Positions 20,454 to 30,778 of a stretch of DNA of 64,000 nucleotides are shown here, piece by piece. The stretch is from NCBI GenBank assembly GCA_019057385.1, contig JAHQJS010000007.1:683685-747684 (forward strand), given 5' to 3'. Source of the stretch: Candidatus Borrarchaeum weybense (GTDB lineage Archaea > Asgardarchaeota > Sifarchaeia > Borrarchaeales > Borrarchaeaceae). Made by a program: the position numbers and the translations under genes. Position 1 is the stretch's first letter. Every line of letters begins with the position of its first letter. The notes below the pieces were generated by a model, which saw only the letters and a program-made list of their open reading frames with translations, searched no databases and was not told the origin of the DNA.

Positions 20454-20996
20454 TTAAGGTAGAACGAATTCCCATTTGCACCATAGATCCGATGGATGCT
20501 CATCTGGAGGACATACTAAGCAGTTAACTTCAACACTTGAATTCAATGTTTTTGCAAAATTTTTCAAATAGCCAAATCGAACTTGTTTACATGGAAATTC
20601 TTCTAAATCCTTGTTCAAGCGTGCTTCTTGTGTCCTACATCTTTCAACACGCAGGATTGCACGCTGATCATTTACCTCAATAACTTTAAAGGGTTGATCT
20701 AAAGCCCAGCTTGACTTTTTCAAACAATTCATAATTGTTGGGACATCAGCATTTTCATTTACTTTAAACATTCTTCTTAAGCTTTTGGCTTCGATTTTAG
20801 CCATAATTTGCCAAACCTGACTGTCTATTTCGGTCGCAGCTTGCGTACCAAATTTTTCCTCTATTCCTAGGAAATATAAGCCATCAACACGCCATAAATT
20901 TCTTACTTGAAGAAATAAGAAATCAAGCAATTCTTCAATAGGCATTTCAGCCAATTTTTCACGATCTTTAGTACTTCCAGGGGGATAATCATTCAT
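20454..20996 (-). CDS. DUF6125-like (V4R-related) protein
   Basis: W.VDGLYF.GIEEKFG, CRTQEAR, FPCK and CPPD.HP..WC.WEF. Confidence 0.8.
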   Translation of the reverse strand: MNDYPPGSTKDREKLAEMPIEELLDFLFLQVRNLWRVDGLYFLGIEEKFGTQAATEIDSQVWQIMAKIEAKSLRRMFKVNENADVPTIMNCLKKSSWALDQPFKVIEVNDQRAILRVERCRTQEARLNKDLEEFPCKQVRFGYLKNFAKTLNSSVEVNCLVCPPDEHPSDLWCKWEFVLP

Positions 20997-21059
20997 TTAA
21001 GACACCACTAATTATTCTTAGTTATCCAACAAATGTTTTAAAATTTATCATTTCTTTAC

Positions 21060-21108
21060 TGATAACTAAGCAAGAAAGCACCAATGCGTTAGCGTGGTGA
21101 TGAATTGC
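21060..21108 (+). mobile_element. IS200/IS605 left end (TTAC family)
   Basis: TTAC|tgataactaagcaagAAAGcaccaatgc-gtta-gcgtggtgatgaattgc, nearly identical to the left end at 63383. Confidence 0.75.
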
Positions 21109-21528
21109 ATATATCACTGTTTCAATAGATAGATATTTAATTGTTCATAACATTTTTTGGCAGAATCCGTAAGTCTTAAATATAAACCCTATACTATAGA
21201 GATATATTGGGCTCGTGACAATCCAGTACATGAAGTAGTCATCATGGGACTTAGCCATGAAGCGACTAGTTATCTAGCGTTGAATTTGCTTCGGTACCGG
21301 ATTCGAATGTATTCCCGAGATAAGTATTACATATTGGTGAAGGATAAAAGAAGAATTTCTGTCGTGCACGATAAACAGTTCAGTTTTTAAGAAATGTCGG
21401 GATTGCATAAGCCCCCAGTTCTTTTTATTTAATTCTAAGAATAATGCTTTAAACAGGAATTCGTTTTTTTATCATGCAGAAACTATAATTGCTATTAACT
21501 AACAGATTAAGTGGTCGGGTGCAAGACA

Positions 21529-21942
21529 ATGATGAATCAGATAGATGCCTTCTTAAATAAGAACAATGTTTTTGCTGTTGTTGGAGTCTCAAGAAACCCT
21601 AGCAAATTTGGTTACATTATCTATCAAGATTTAAAACGAAAGGGTTACAAAGTGCTCCCTATTAACCCAAATGCCAAAATAATTAATGGCGATAAGGCTT
21701 ATGCTTCTCTTTCAGAATTACCTATTCAACCAGATGTTGTTGATATAGTAGTTCCACCAAATGTGGCTTTTTATGTTGTAAAAGAATGCAATGCACTTGG
21801 AATTCAAAAAGTATGGTTGCAACCCGGAGCCGAGTCAGATGAAGTGGTTGATTTTTGCTATGACCATGATATTGAAGTTATATACGGGATGTGTGTTTTG
21901 GTCGAATCAAGTAATGTGGGAACGGCTATGAGGCACAAATAA
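21529..21942 (+). CDS. CoA-binding protein (YccU-like)
   Basis: AVVGVS.NP.K.G, PINP, DIVVPP, WLQPGAE and GMC. Confidence 0.9.
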   Translation: MMNQIDAFLNKNNVFAVVGVSRNPSKFGYIIYQDLKRKGYKVLPINPNAKIINGDKAYASLSELPIQPDVVDIVVPPNVAFYVVKECNALGIQKVWLQPGAESDEVVDFCYDHDIEVIYGMCVLVESSNVGTAMRHK

Positions 21943-21977
21943 TGAAGTCCAATAAGCAGCAATACACTTTTGTGATT

Positions 21978-22286
21978 CTAATTTTCAAGGAAACAATGCG
22001 AGATTAAAAGTTCTTCTAAAGCGTCTAGTTCATAATGGCCACACGCTTTCAATTCTTGAAAAATTAACGTCGGAGTTGCTACAATATCATATTTTTCCGC
22101 AACCTCTGGGTATAAAGTAACATCTATTTTAGTGACTTTGATAGGTAATCCTTTATTTGCAATAATTGCTGAAAGGAATGTTTCAACTTTAACTCCATGT
22201 GAAGAATATGGGGATGTAAAAAACAGTAGATCTGACTTTGAGTCTTGTTCATTATTATCCTTTCTGGGATCCTGAAATGCACTTAT
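21978..22286 (-). CDS. Thioredoxin-fold protein lacking CxxC, with KaiB-like C-terminal motif (start uncertain)
   Basis: LFFTSPYSSHG where FTSPxCxxC is expected; IDV..YPEVAEKYDIVATPTL. A TATA box at 22342-22349 lies downstream of the ORF-track start. Confidence 0.65.
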   Translation of the reverse strand: MSAFQDPRKDNNEQDSKSDLLFFTSPYSSHGVKVETFLSAIIANKGLPIKVTKIDVTLYPEVAEKYDIVATPTLIFQELKACGHYELDALEELLISHCFLEN

Positions 22287-22535
22287 CTTAACAAACGCCC
22301 CACTTTTTCTGATATGCTCCAAATAATAACCTGCAATTTGATTATAAAAGTGATTCGGGTGCGCGCAACTGCATAGAGTAATCAAATATTCAAATTGAAA
22401 ATTCAGGAAACAAATAAGGGAAACAAGAAACAGCCACAAAACAAAGGACTAACCTTTTTTCAGAAAGACAAGAGAGAATTTCATTTTAGGTAGAATGCAA
22501 CTGTACAAAGCTTTATTTAATAAATCCAAGCATGC

Positions 22536-24494
22536 TTGCGTATGAAGTTATTTTTTAATACCTGTCCACGAGATTGTTATGATACTTGTAGTATTGTGAC
22601 CGCTGTGGATGAAGGCAAACTAATCGAAGTAAAAGCAAACTCTAATCATCCTATCACACAAGGTTATTTGTGTCCAAAAGGTCAGAACTTGATTAAGTAT
22701 GTCTATCATAAAGATCGCGTGCTTTATCCACTTAGGAGGACTGGTTCAAAAGGTGAGGGTAAATTCAAGAAAATCTCTTGGGATGATGCCCTCAATGAGA
22801 TTGCATCCAGACTGACTAAAGTGATCAACGAAAACGGATCGAAAACTGTGTTACACTACGATTATGGCGGTCATAGCGGATTAATAAGTTTAAATTTTCC
22901 AAAAAGGTTTTTCAATGCTATTGGGAGCGCAGAAACGACATACTCGATCTGTGATACTGCAGGAGAACTTGCTGTAGAATTACACTATGGTAAGAGATAT
23001 GGCAGAAAACCCGAAGAGATGCTTAAGTCAAAGTTAATCGTCTATTGGGGATTTAATGCCGCCGTAAGTAACCTTCATAATTTTGGTTTGGCAAAACAAG
23101 CTAAAGAAAAAGGAACTAAAATATATGTGATTGACCCTATCGCAAATGAAACAACAAGGCTTGGTACACATCTTAGGATACGTCCAGCAACTGATGTAAT
23201 TTTTGCCTTTGGTATCGCAAAATATCTTATCGATAATGAGCTAATTGATTCCGATTTTATAAACGAGCATACACACGGTTTTGAAGATTTTAAAGGATAT
23301 TTATCAAAATATACCACCGAATACGTCTCTAAACATACTGGAATCTCTACTCAAGACATAAAGTCTTTTGCAGTAGATTATGCTGCTCTAAAACCTAACT
23401 TTATAAATATCGGTTATGGATTGCAAAAACAAATTAACGGCGGCGAGATTGTTCGTGCTATATGCCTTCTACCTGCATTAATTGGAGTTCCTCGTGGTTT
23501 TTACTATTGTAATAGCGAAAGAGATTTTGATAAAGCATATTTGAAGGCTACACACTTGAGACCTAATAATCCAGTAAAATATGTGAGTTCACAGCTTGGT
23601 AGAGATTTGATATCAAAAGAAATCAATTTTCTTTTTGTTTACAACGCGAATCCGGCAGCTACATCCCCCAACCAAACTCTTGTCAAAAAAGGGCTTCTAC
23701 ATGAAGATTTGTTTGTTGTAGTACATGATTTGTTTTTAACAGATACCACACTGTATGCGGATATAGTTTTACCCGCGGCTTCATTCTTTGAAACGATGGA
23801 TATTAACATCTCTTATTGGCATTACTATCTCTCATTAAATCAAAAAGCAATTGAACCGATAGATGAGGCAAAAAGCAATTCTGAAGTATTCCGGCTTCTT
23901 GCAAAAAAGATGGGGCTCTCACAGCCGGAACTTTTTGAACCTGATGAAGACGTAATCAAAAAGTTAATTTCAACTTCTAAAACAATTGAAGGACGATATG
24001 AGGATTTACTGCAAAAAGGCTTCTTGCGAATGAAACAACTGCCCTTAATGGAATTCCAAACGAAATCTGGAAAAATAGAATTTAGTTCATCAAGAGCACA
24101 GGAACTTGGACTCTCAAGTTTCCCAATAGTACTGGATGAACACCCCCAATTTCCTCTACGGCTTATTTCTTCTGCACATCCCTTGATCCTACATTCTCAG
24201 TATTTTAACATTCAATCAATAAAACCATATATTCTTGTAAATCCAACTGACGCAATAAAGAGAATGATAAAAAACAAGGATGCTACTCGAATCTTTAATG
24301 AAAGAGGATCATTAGTTTTGCCAGTAAAAATCAGTGAAAACGTACCAGAAGGGGTGATTTGGACTTTTAGATCTCCATGGGTGTCATTATCACATGATAA
24401 AAAAAATGTAAATGTTCTTACTAATGATGATTTTCAAAGGTCAAGCTATGGGTCTACTTTCAATTCCACTTTCGTAGAACTTGAAAAAACATAG
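22536..24494 (+). CDS. Molybdopterin-dependent oxidoreductase (DMSO reductase superfamily)
   Basis: CPRDCYDTC..CPKG Fe-S motif, ISWDDAL, NPA..SPNQ, ADIVLPAA and C-terminal NP.DA..R domain. Confidence 0.92.
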   Translation: MRMKLFFNTCPRDCYDTCSIVTAVDEGKLIEVKANSNHPITQGYLCPKGQNLIKYVYHKDRVLYPLRRTGSKGEGKFKKISWDDALNEIASRLTKVINENGSKTVLHYDYGGHSGLISLNFPKRFFNAIGSAETTYSICDTAGELAVELHYGKRYGRKPEEMLKSKLIVYWGFNAAVSNLHNFGLAKQAKEKGTKIYVIDPIANETTRLGTHLRIRPATDVIFAFGIAKYLIDNELIDSDFINEHTHGFEDFKGYLSKYTTEYVSKHTGISTQDIKSFAVDYAALKPNFINIGYGLQKQINGGEIVRAICLLPALIGVPRGFYYCNSERDFDKAYLKATHLRPNNPVKYVSSQLGRDLISKEINFLFVYNANPAATSPNQTLVKKGLLHEDLFVVVHDLFLTDTTLYADIVLPAASFFETMDINISYWHYYLSLNQKAIEPIDEAKSNSEVFRLLAKKMGLSQPELFEPDEDVIKKLISTSKTIEGRYEDLLQKGFLRMKQLPLMEFQTKSGKIEFSSSRAQELGLSSFPIVLDEHPQFPLRLISSAHPLILHSQYFNIQSIKPYILVNPTDAIKRMIKNKDATRIFNERGSLVLPVKISENVPEGVIWTFRSPWVSLSHDKKNVNVLTNDDFQRSSYGSTFNSTFVELEKT

Positions 24495-24515
24495 TTATCC
24501 TTAGTTTTCATTTAA

Positions 24516-24562
24516 CTTTGTCGGCGGGAAGTCTCCTTCCGAGAGGGAGGGGAGGATGTCAC
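24516..24562 (+). mobile_element. 47-bp single-hairpin IS200/IS605-derived element (PATE/REP-like, TTAA family)
   Basis: TTAA|ctttgtcggcgggAAGT ctccttcc-gaga-gggagggg aggatgTCAC; its left part recurs at 40551. Confidence 0.65.
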
Positions 24563-24659
24563 ATAGATGGTTTCAAATATTTTATCTAATCTTTAGAGTG
24601 ATACCTTATATTGGTTAAAGTGCATTTAATTCTAATAACAACAATGGAGTTAGTAAAAA

Positions 24660-24767
24660 ATGAGTGTTAAAGTTAAAGTCCTTATTATCCTTATCATAAT
24701 TGCCATCGCCATCGCGTTTGGCTACTATATGGTGTTGAGGCTTAGTCAACCACATCAATTATTGTGA
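24660..24767 (+). CDS. Small single-TM peptide (35 aa), below the ORF-track cutoff
   Basis: GGAG RBS, then MSVKVKVLIILIIIAIAIAFGYYMVLRLSQPHQLL. Confidence 0.5.
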   Translation: MSVKVKVLIILIIIAIAIAFGYYMVLRLSQPHQLL

Positions 24768-24790
24768 ATTTGAATTTTTTTTTAACTTAA

Positions 24791-25990
24791 TCATTCAATA
24801 TCTATGTTGAACTGCTCAAATAATTCACCAAAATCTATTCCAGCAACCTTTTTCGTTTTATACTGATTATAAAGAGCATTATGAGCATTAATGAGAATTT
24901 CTGAAGTTATCCCATGCGAAATTGAAAAGTACGTTTCAACATAAGCTGCAAGATCATCGCATATCTTGATTATTTTGCCATCTACTGGAGAATAAGAATC
25001 GCTATTAAACGACTCATTGATCTTTTCCGAACTAACAAGTTTTATTTCATTATTTTCAGTTTTGATCTTGCTTTCAAATTCATCTTCTATGAAATATCTG
25101 AAATCTTTGTGCCAAGCAGAGGGAAGAAGTGGTAGAAGTTTTTCTTCGAGTTGTTCTTTCTCAATCTCTTCAATTATAGCTCTGAGACCCTCAACAGATT
25201 TTTTCACAGGAGAAACAATATCTCTGGTCAAAACTTCGGGAAGATCATGGAAAAGACCTGTAAAATAATTATTAACAATCCTTTTTGAGCAAGCGTTTAA
25301 TTCTATTGAAAACAGGTTTGAGAGCATAGCAACTACTAGCATGTGTCCCATAACCGATGTCTCTGGGAGTCTTGGTGTTTGAGCCCATCGTTGCTGAAAC
25401 CTCAGTTGCCCAACATAATCTATAAACGCGTTTATTTTACCCGATACTAATCTTTGTACACCAATGAGGTCGATGTGTTCTTTAAGCTCGTTTTCGATCG
25501 CTGCTTTGGTACTTTCAAGTCCATACATATCCTTGTTTAAATTATATATAATCCGAAATTCCCAATTAGTTGCCAGATAATGGGCAGCTCTTAATATTTT
25601 CTTCTCCAAGGGGGAAATTGGTAAGAATAAATATTCTCTAAACTCCTTAAAGAATTTCTCTTGAATATCTATCTTATTTTTGAGTTGGTCTAAAACCCAT
25701 TCGTTGAGTTCTTTTCCTTTACGACGCATAAGTTTGTGAAAAATAGGAGGTTTGATATCAGTAAGAATGATTCGATGCAGGAATTCAAAAAGTCCACCTT
25801 CAATTAAGCCTTTCCAATTTATTTCCACCTTTCTTTCAGTTTCCTCAAATTTTGCCAGTACATACGCTATGATCATTTTATGTGCTTGTTTATCAAGTTC
25901 TGTAAAACCGACTCTTGGTCTAATATGATCATTCCATCGCTGGATGTGTGCTGCCTGATAGAAAAGCTCGATTATTGCTTTACTTAGCAT
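24791..25990 (-). CDS. Tandem HD-domain phosphohydrolase (YfbR-like C-terminal domain)
   Basis: RW..ESV.GH..FHDLPE.LTRDI..DDLAA in the second half; the first half is degenerate (HR instead of HD). Confidence 0.85.
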   Translation of the reverse strand: MLSKAIIELFYQAAHIQRWNDHIRPRVGFTELDKQAHKMIIAYVLAKFEETERKVEINWKGLIEGGLFEFLHRIILTDIKPPIFHKLMRRKGKELNEWVLDQLKNKIDIQEKFFKEFREYLFLPISPLEKKILRAAHYLATNWEFRIIYNLNKDMYGLESTKAAIENELKEHIDLIGVQRLVSGKINAFIDYVGQLRFQQRWAQTPRLPETSVMGHMLVVAMLSNLFSIELNACSKRIVNNYFTGLFHDLPEVLTRDIVSPVKKSVEGLRAIIEEIEKEQLEEKLLPLLPSAWHKDFRYFIEDEFESKIKTENNEIKLVSSEKINESFNSDSYSPVDGKIIKICDDLAAYVETYFSISHGITSEILINAHNALYNQYKTKKVAGIDFGELFEQFNIDIE

Positions 25991-26053
25991 ACTAAACTTC
26001 CTCTCATTGTAGGTCCAATATATGTAGAATACCCATAATCATCTGCTGGCAGA

Positions 26054-27508
26054 TCATACATAAGCAAGCAAGTATTTATGTAACTTAACCATCGCTAGTG
26101 TATCTTGTTCGCAATAGGCTAAAAGGTTTCTTCTTACTTTTTCAATATCCTTATCTTCATATTTTTCAAGCGCTAAAAAGGCAAAAGATAACATTGCTGT
26201 ATCGCCGTCTGCAATTTCTAGTGAATCATATGACATGCCAGGCACTAAGGCAGGTAGTACGGTCTTCACTGATGTGCTACCATGAAAATTTGGATGATAA
26301 AAATTCTTTTTTATCATGTGCTCAAGATTTACCAAACGATCAATTAATGAATTCAAATCTTTCGATAGGTCAGGATATACTTCTACAAGATTAGTAATGA
26401 TGGTCTTTTCAAAATTGGAATACACGACGATACTGCCCTTTCCCCTTAGATCTTTGATTAAATGCTCAGCAAATTCCTTTCTAAAATCCCTATGATGATC
26501 TGCTAAGTATTCGAAGTGATCAATAATTTGACCTGGCTCAGAACATTTGTGTATAGAATATTGTGTAGGACTTTGTGTATAAGGAGCAATCTTGGGAAAT
26601 AATGGGACTGGCGTCAAGAACGTCTCGAAATCCAGATAAAAGGTAGGCCATAATATGGATTCTAATTTTACTTTGAGTTGATTGCCAACGATTGGTTGCT
26701 TTAATTGTACACTCTTTTTCACTTTAGCTTGAATTTCAGTCAAAGGAAATCCATTAGGGATATCTTCAATGCGAAAAATGCCCAATTCTTTAAGTTTATC
26801 AAATTTGGATCGACTTAATCGTTGAAGATCGAATATATGATTTTCAATGTCTTTCCCTAAACAATCCTTGAAAATTTCACATTTGCGGCAGTCTAATTCA
26901 AGTTTAGGAGGAGGTTTTGTTTTATTTCTTGTTATTTCTTCGATCTGATGACTCTTAGTTTTAAATTCTTCAACTCGATCCCTAACCTCGTCTGTGTGAT
27001 CGATTTCCAAAAAAAGTTTGTCATTTTCCATTCCTAATCGGAAATCCTTAGAGATCAATATTAATGAGGATTGAGAGATATTGATCTCTGAATACTCAAT
27101 GACCATAGTTGTATAGGCCATATCATCAATAAAGTCCTTCTTATCATTCACACTGGATTTTACTTCAAACAAATGCCAACCTTCGTCATTTCGCTTTAAT
27201 ATATCTGCTCTAGCTACCAATCTGTCAATGAGGAAAGTTGCTTCAAAGAGTATTGAAGTACTGGGACCATCCATCAAACTCTTTGTTTTCTGTGAAGCAG
27301 ATTCCATATTCTCGTCATCAATTAATATTCCCTCTGGATAAAGCTCCCTTGCCCTCCTTCCAATCCCCATCTCTTCTTCCATTATTTTGCTGAATGTTTG
27401 TTTCAAAGAGATTTGTTCTGTCCTCATCAACCAGCCTAACGTAGGACATACTAGAGTATTCAAGAAGATTTCTTTTGTAACATTTTGCAAGCTGTTTCCC
27501 TCAGTCAT
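26054..27508 (-). CDS. DUF2779 protein (Cas4-like PD-(D/E)xK nuclease + RNase H-like domain)
   Basis: RADIL..EVKSS; N-terminal Cys plus CRKC.5.C; LDFET, YSNFEK and YCEQDT. Confidence 0.85.
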   Translation of the reverse strand: MTEGNSLQNVTKEIFLNTLVCPTLGWLMRTEQISLKQTFSKIMEEEMGIGRRARELYPEGILIDDENMESASQKTKSLMDGPSTSILFEATFLIDRLVARADILKRNDEGWHLFEVKSSVNDKKDFIDDMAYTTMVIEYSEINISQSSLILISKDFRLGMENDKLFLEIDHTDEVRDRVEEFKTKSHQIEEITRNKTKPPPKLELDCRKCEIFKDCLGKDIENHIFDLQRLSRSKFDKLKELGIFRIEDIPNGFPLTEIQAKVKKSVQLKQPIVGNQLKVKLESILWPTFYLDFETFLTPVPLFPKIAPYTQSPTQYSIHKCSEPGQIIDHFEYLADHHRDFRKEFAEHLIKDLRGKGSIVVYSNFEKTIITNLVEVYPDLSKDLNSLIDRLVNLEHMIKKNFYHPNFHGSTSVKTVLPALVPGMSYDSLEIADGDTAMLSFAFLALEKYEDKDIEKVRRNLLAYCEQDTLAMVKLHKYLLAYV

Positions 27509-27684
27509 ACTAAGATACCCTGGCTTTAAACAAGTTTTTATGAAATTCTAGCAAACTCTCTTATATTAATTTCAAAATCAAGTGAAGTTCAGAATTACAA
27601 AATTAAAAGAATTATTTCATTAAGAAGCGAACGCTTTTATTTCAAAAGGTTATCAAAAGCTTAATTCAAGGAGGTAAGAACTGC

Positions 27685-29124
27685 ATGCCAATGGTATCGA
27701 TCATTAAGGAAACTGATCCTGAAATCGCTGTTGAAAAGGCAATTAATCTGTTAGGTGGAATAAGAAGTTTTATAAATAAAGGAGAGACCGTCTTTATACA
27801 CCCCAATTGGTGTGGAGGCGTGCCAGGCAAACAAGGGTCATATACTAATCCAAAAGTACTCACTACGTTGATCAAATTAATTGATTCTTGTAATCCTGCA
27901 AAAATTATTGTTGGTGAATCAGAAGCTACAAGTCAACACTTTAACCTTATGTATATGTCTTCAGGCTCGAAAGAAGCCATAGAAGAACTAAAATCAACAA
28001 ATGGAATTGATGTACAGGTCGTCAATTTAAGCGAAGGAGAAATGGTGACTATTGATCATCCAGATGCCTACATCGCAAAAAAGTTAACTGTTTCTAAAGT
28101 TTTAACAAAAGCAGATAAAATAGTCAACGTTCCAGTATTAAAATCTCATGTTTTTTGCGATATAACTGTTAGTTTAAAGAATATGTTTGGTTTACTCCCA
28201 GAACGTAAGAAAGGACGACTTCATTTTAAAGGACTCAATGAAATCATTGTAGATATAAATTCTGCATTTCCTTCCGACTTAATTGTCGTTGACGGTATCA
28301 TCGGTATGGATGGATGGGGTCCGCTCAAAGGTGATCCTAAGGAATTAGGTTTTGTTTTAGCAGGTGATAATCTTTTAGCAGTAGATACTGTCGCGGCTAC
28401 CATCGCTGGATATGATCCTACAAGCATTACACATTTTCAATTAGCTGAACAAAAAAATATTGGTTCACTCAGCATGGAAACCATTGAACTTAAAGGCAAT
28501 TCAATAACTGATGTTAAGCCAACGTCGTTTAAGAAACCGCCTGAAAATGTTGTAGAGGGATACAGAAAACAAGTAAAGGAGTTGCGAGAGGAGTTAGCTG
28601 CCAAATCTATATCTTTTGAAGAAGGTGCTACATTCATCCAAGATGCTATATTTGCTGAATGGCAAGATGCTTTTGAGGGCTGGCAATCCAAAAGTAAACC
28701 ATCCGCTCCGAAAGCCGTTCCAAAACCACCCAGCGAGGTAAAAAGATCGGGAAAGGCTGAAGTAATTGCTAGAATGGAAAAGATAAATCGGAGTGAAAAA
28801 GCCAAAGAAAAAATGAAAAAATGGGCTAAAAAGAAGCCAAAAATTGTTCAATTCATTCTAGACGGAGAACCTGGTCCCTTTTATTGTGTTTTTGAACAAG
28901 ACAAGGTAAATGTCGTCGAAGGTACTTGCGAACAAAAAACGGATGTAATTTTCGAAACAGATACGGAAACATGGACACAACTTCAACTTGGCGAAGTGGA
29001 TGGAGTACAAGCATATTATGATGGAGCTTATAAGATATACGGAGGCAGCGGCATGGGCAAATTCGATGACGCGAAGACCTATACAGCGATTTGTTGGGAG
29101 AGTTACAAAGACTTAGGGGAATGA
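27685..29124 (+). CDS. DUF362 protein fused to C-terminal SCP2-like lipid-binding domain
   Basis: P.LKSH..T.SLKN.FG and VDG..GMDG.GP; Pro/Lys linker; then D.ETW..L..GE.DG..AY..G..KI.G pattern. Confidence 0.8.
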   Translation: MPMVSIIKETDPEIAVEKAINLLGGIRSFINKGETVFIHPNWCGGVPGKQGSYTNPKVLTTLIKLIDSCNPAKIIVGESEATSQHFNLMYMSSGSKEAIEELKSTNGIDVQVVNLSEGEMVTIDHPDAYIAKKLTVSKVLTKADKIVNVPVLKSHVFCDITVSLKNMFGLLPERKKGRLHFKGLNEIIVDINSAFPSDLIVVDGIIGMDGWGPLKGDPKELGFVLAGDNLLAVDTVAATIAGYDPTSITHFQLAEQKNIGSLSMETIELKGNSITDVKPTSFKKPPENVVEGYRKQVKELREELAAKSISFEEGATFIQDAIFAEWQDAFEGWQSKSKPSAPKAVPKPPSEVKRSGKAEVIARMEKINRSEKAKEKMKKWAKKKPKIVQFILDGEPGPFYCVFEQDKVNVVEGTCEQKTDVIFETDTETWTQLQLGEVDGVQAYYDGAYKIYGGSGMGKFDDAKTYTAICWESYKDLGE

Positions 29125-29154
29125 TGGAAAACAACAGATTCTTTCTTTGGATAA

Positions 29155-29583
29155 TCAGTGCTCTGCTAATTTAGGTTTTAAGCTAATCGCTTTTCGATAA
29201 CATTCAAGAGCCTGAATAGGATTATGTGAGCTTATGTAAAGAAGGCCCATGTTATACCATGTTAATGCATGGTCAGGGTTTATTCTTACTGCATTTTGAA
29301 AACACTCATATGCCTTCTTGTTGTCACCTAGCTCGTAATGAGTAGCTCCCAAGTTATTCCAAGTATCTGCTAGTTCAGAATCGATGCTTAATGCTTTTTG
29401 AAAACAATAAATTGCTTTTTCATACTCATGCAATTTGAAAAAGGCATATCCCATATTACTCCATTGCTTGACGAAATTAGGATCTAGTTTTACAGCTTGA
29501 TCGTACTCTTTTATTGCTTCTCTATATTGGCCTTGTGCCAAATATACTGTTCCTTTATCGAAATGACCCTTTGCTGACTCCAT
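29155..29583 (-). CDS. TPR protein
   Basis: Four canonical TPRs. Confidence 0.9.
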   Translation of the reverse strand: MESAKGHFDKGTVYLAQGQYREAIKEYDQAVKLDPNFVKQWSNMGYAFFKLHEYEKAIYCFQKALSIDSELADTWNNLGATHYELGDNKKAYECFQNAVRINPDHALTWYNMGLLYISSHNPIQALECYRKAISLKPKLAEH

Positions 29584-29724
29584 TTTGCCATGCTGCCCCC
29601 TATAAAATAACTAAGCAATTACGAGTCTGCATAGAAAAAATAAATTATCTTTATTAAAAACCTCACTTCTTAGGCAAATAAGATCTCTATCATTCCATAG
29701 CTTAATTGATGATCGAAACGACTT

Positions 29725-30681
29725 TTAGCTCTGTATTTGTTGCCTTAGGAGTTTAAAGAATGCCGTTAGATCTATGTTTCCGCCGCTTATTATCATTCCA
29801 ACTCTTTTGTTCTTAACTTTTAGGTCTCCAAAACGTAAACCAGCTAACGGAACTGCTCCTGATGGTTCTACTACAAGTTTCATTCGTTCCCATAGAAACT
29901 TCATGGCCTTTAGAATTTGTTTCTCGGTTACAGTCAAGATATCAGCAACATTTTCTTGGATAATCTTGAATGTGATGTTACCCAATGATGTCCTAAGTCC
30001 ATCTGCAATAGTATTAGGGTTGACTGAAGGAACAATTTTACCTGTTTTAAAGGATCTGTAAGCATCGTCGGCATTTTTGGGCTCTACTCCTATTACCTTC
30101 GCCTCTGAACAAAGACCTTTAACTGCAATTGACGTGCCACTTATCAATCCTCCACCACCCACTGGTGCTAAAACCATATCAAGCGAACCTACTTCCTCAA
30201 TTAATTCATAAGCAGCGGTACCCGCTCCATAAATGACATTTAAATCGTTGTAAGGATGAATTAACGTATATTCATGTTGTTTAATTAATTCTGCTGTCTT
30301 TTCTGCACGATCTGTAGGTTTAATTCCGCAAAACACAATTTTTGCACCATAACCACGTGTTGCAGCGATTTTCACGTGGGAGGAATTCTCTGGCATAACT
30401 ATAACCGCATTAACATCCAGTAAATTGGCTGCTAGGGCAACAGCTTGAGCATGATTACCAGAAGAATGGGTAATCACTCCTTTTCGCTTTTCTTCAAGAG
30501 GTAATTGACTGATAGCATTATAAGCCCCACGAAATTTGAAGGCACCAATTCGCTGAAAATTCTCGCATTTAAGAAAAATCTGTCCCCCAGTTATAGCATT
30601 AAGGTTACGGCTAGTCATTACTGGTGTGCGATTGGCTATTAGCCTGAGTCTTTCACGTGCTGCCTCAACTTCGTCAAACAT
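29725..30681 (-). CDS. Serine/threonine dehydratase / serine racemase-like PLP enzyme
   Basis: KCENFQR.GAFKFRGA, SSGNHAQ, VEPSGA and SGGN. Confidence 0.92.
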   Translation of the reverse strand: MFDEVEAARERLRLIANRTPVMTSRNLNAITGGQIFLKCENFQRIGAFKFRGAYNAISQLPLEEKRKGVITHSSGNHAQAVALAANLLDVNAVIVMPENSSHVKIAATRGYGAKIVFCGIKPTDRAEKTAELIKQHEYTLIHPYNDLNVIYGAGTAAYELIEEVGSLDMVLAPVGGGGLISGTSIAVKGLCSEAKVIGVEPKNADDAYRSFKTGKIVPSVNPNTIADGLRTSLGNITFKIIQENVADILTVTEKQILKAMKFLWERMKLVVEPSGAVPLAGLRFGDLKVKNKRVGMIISGGNIDLTAFFKLLRQQIQS

Positions 30682-30778
30682 ATTTATCGAGAAAGTAGTG
30701 AAAAGAAGTGTTTAAAAATTCTTCTACCGCCTAAACTTTGAGTATAAGGGTGGTTTTTTTTATTGAAGAAACGATTCA

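Noticed and set aside
21157-21390. 77-aa ORF after a left end
   Set aside because: TTG start without RBS and no motif. It may be decayed element interior, but I found no convincing right end.
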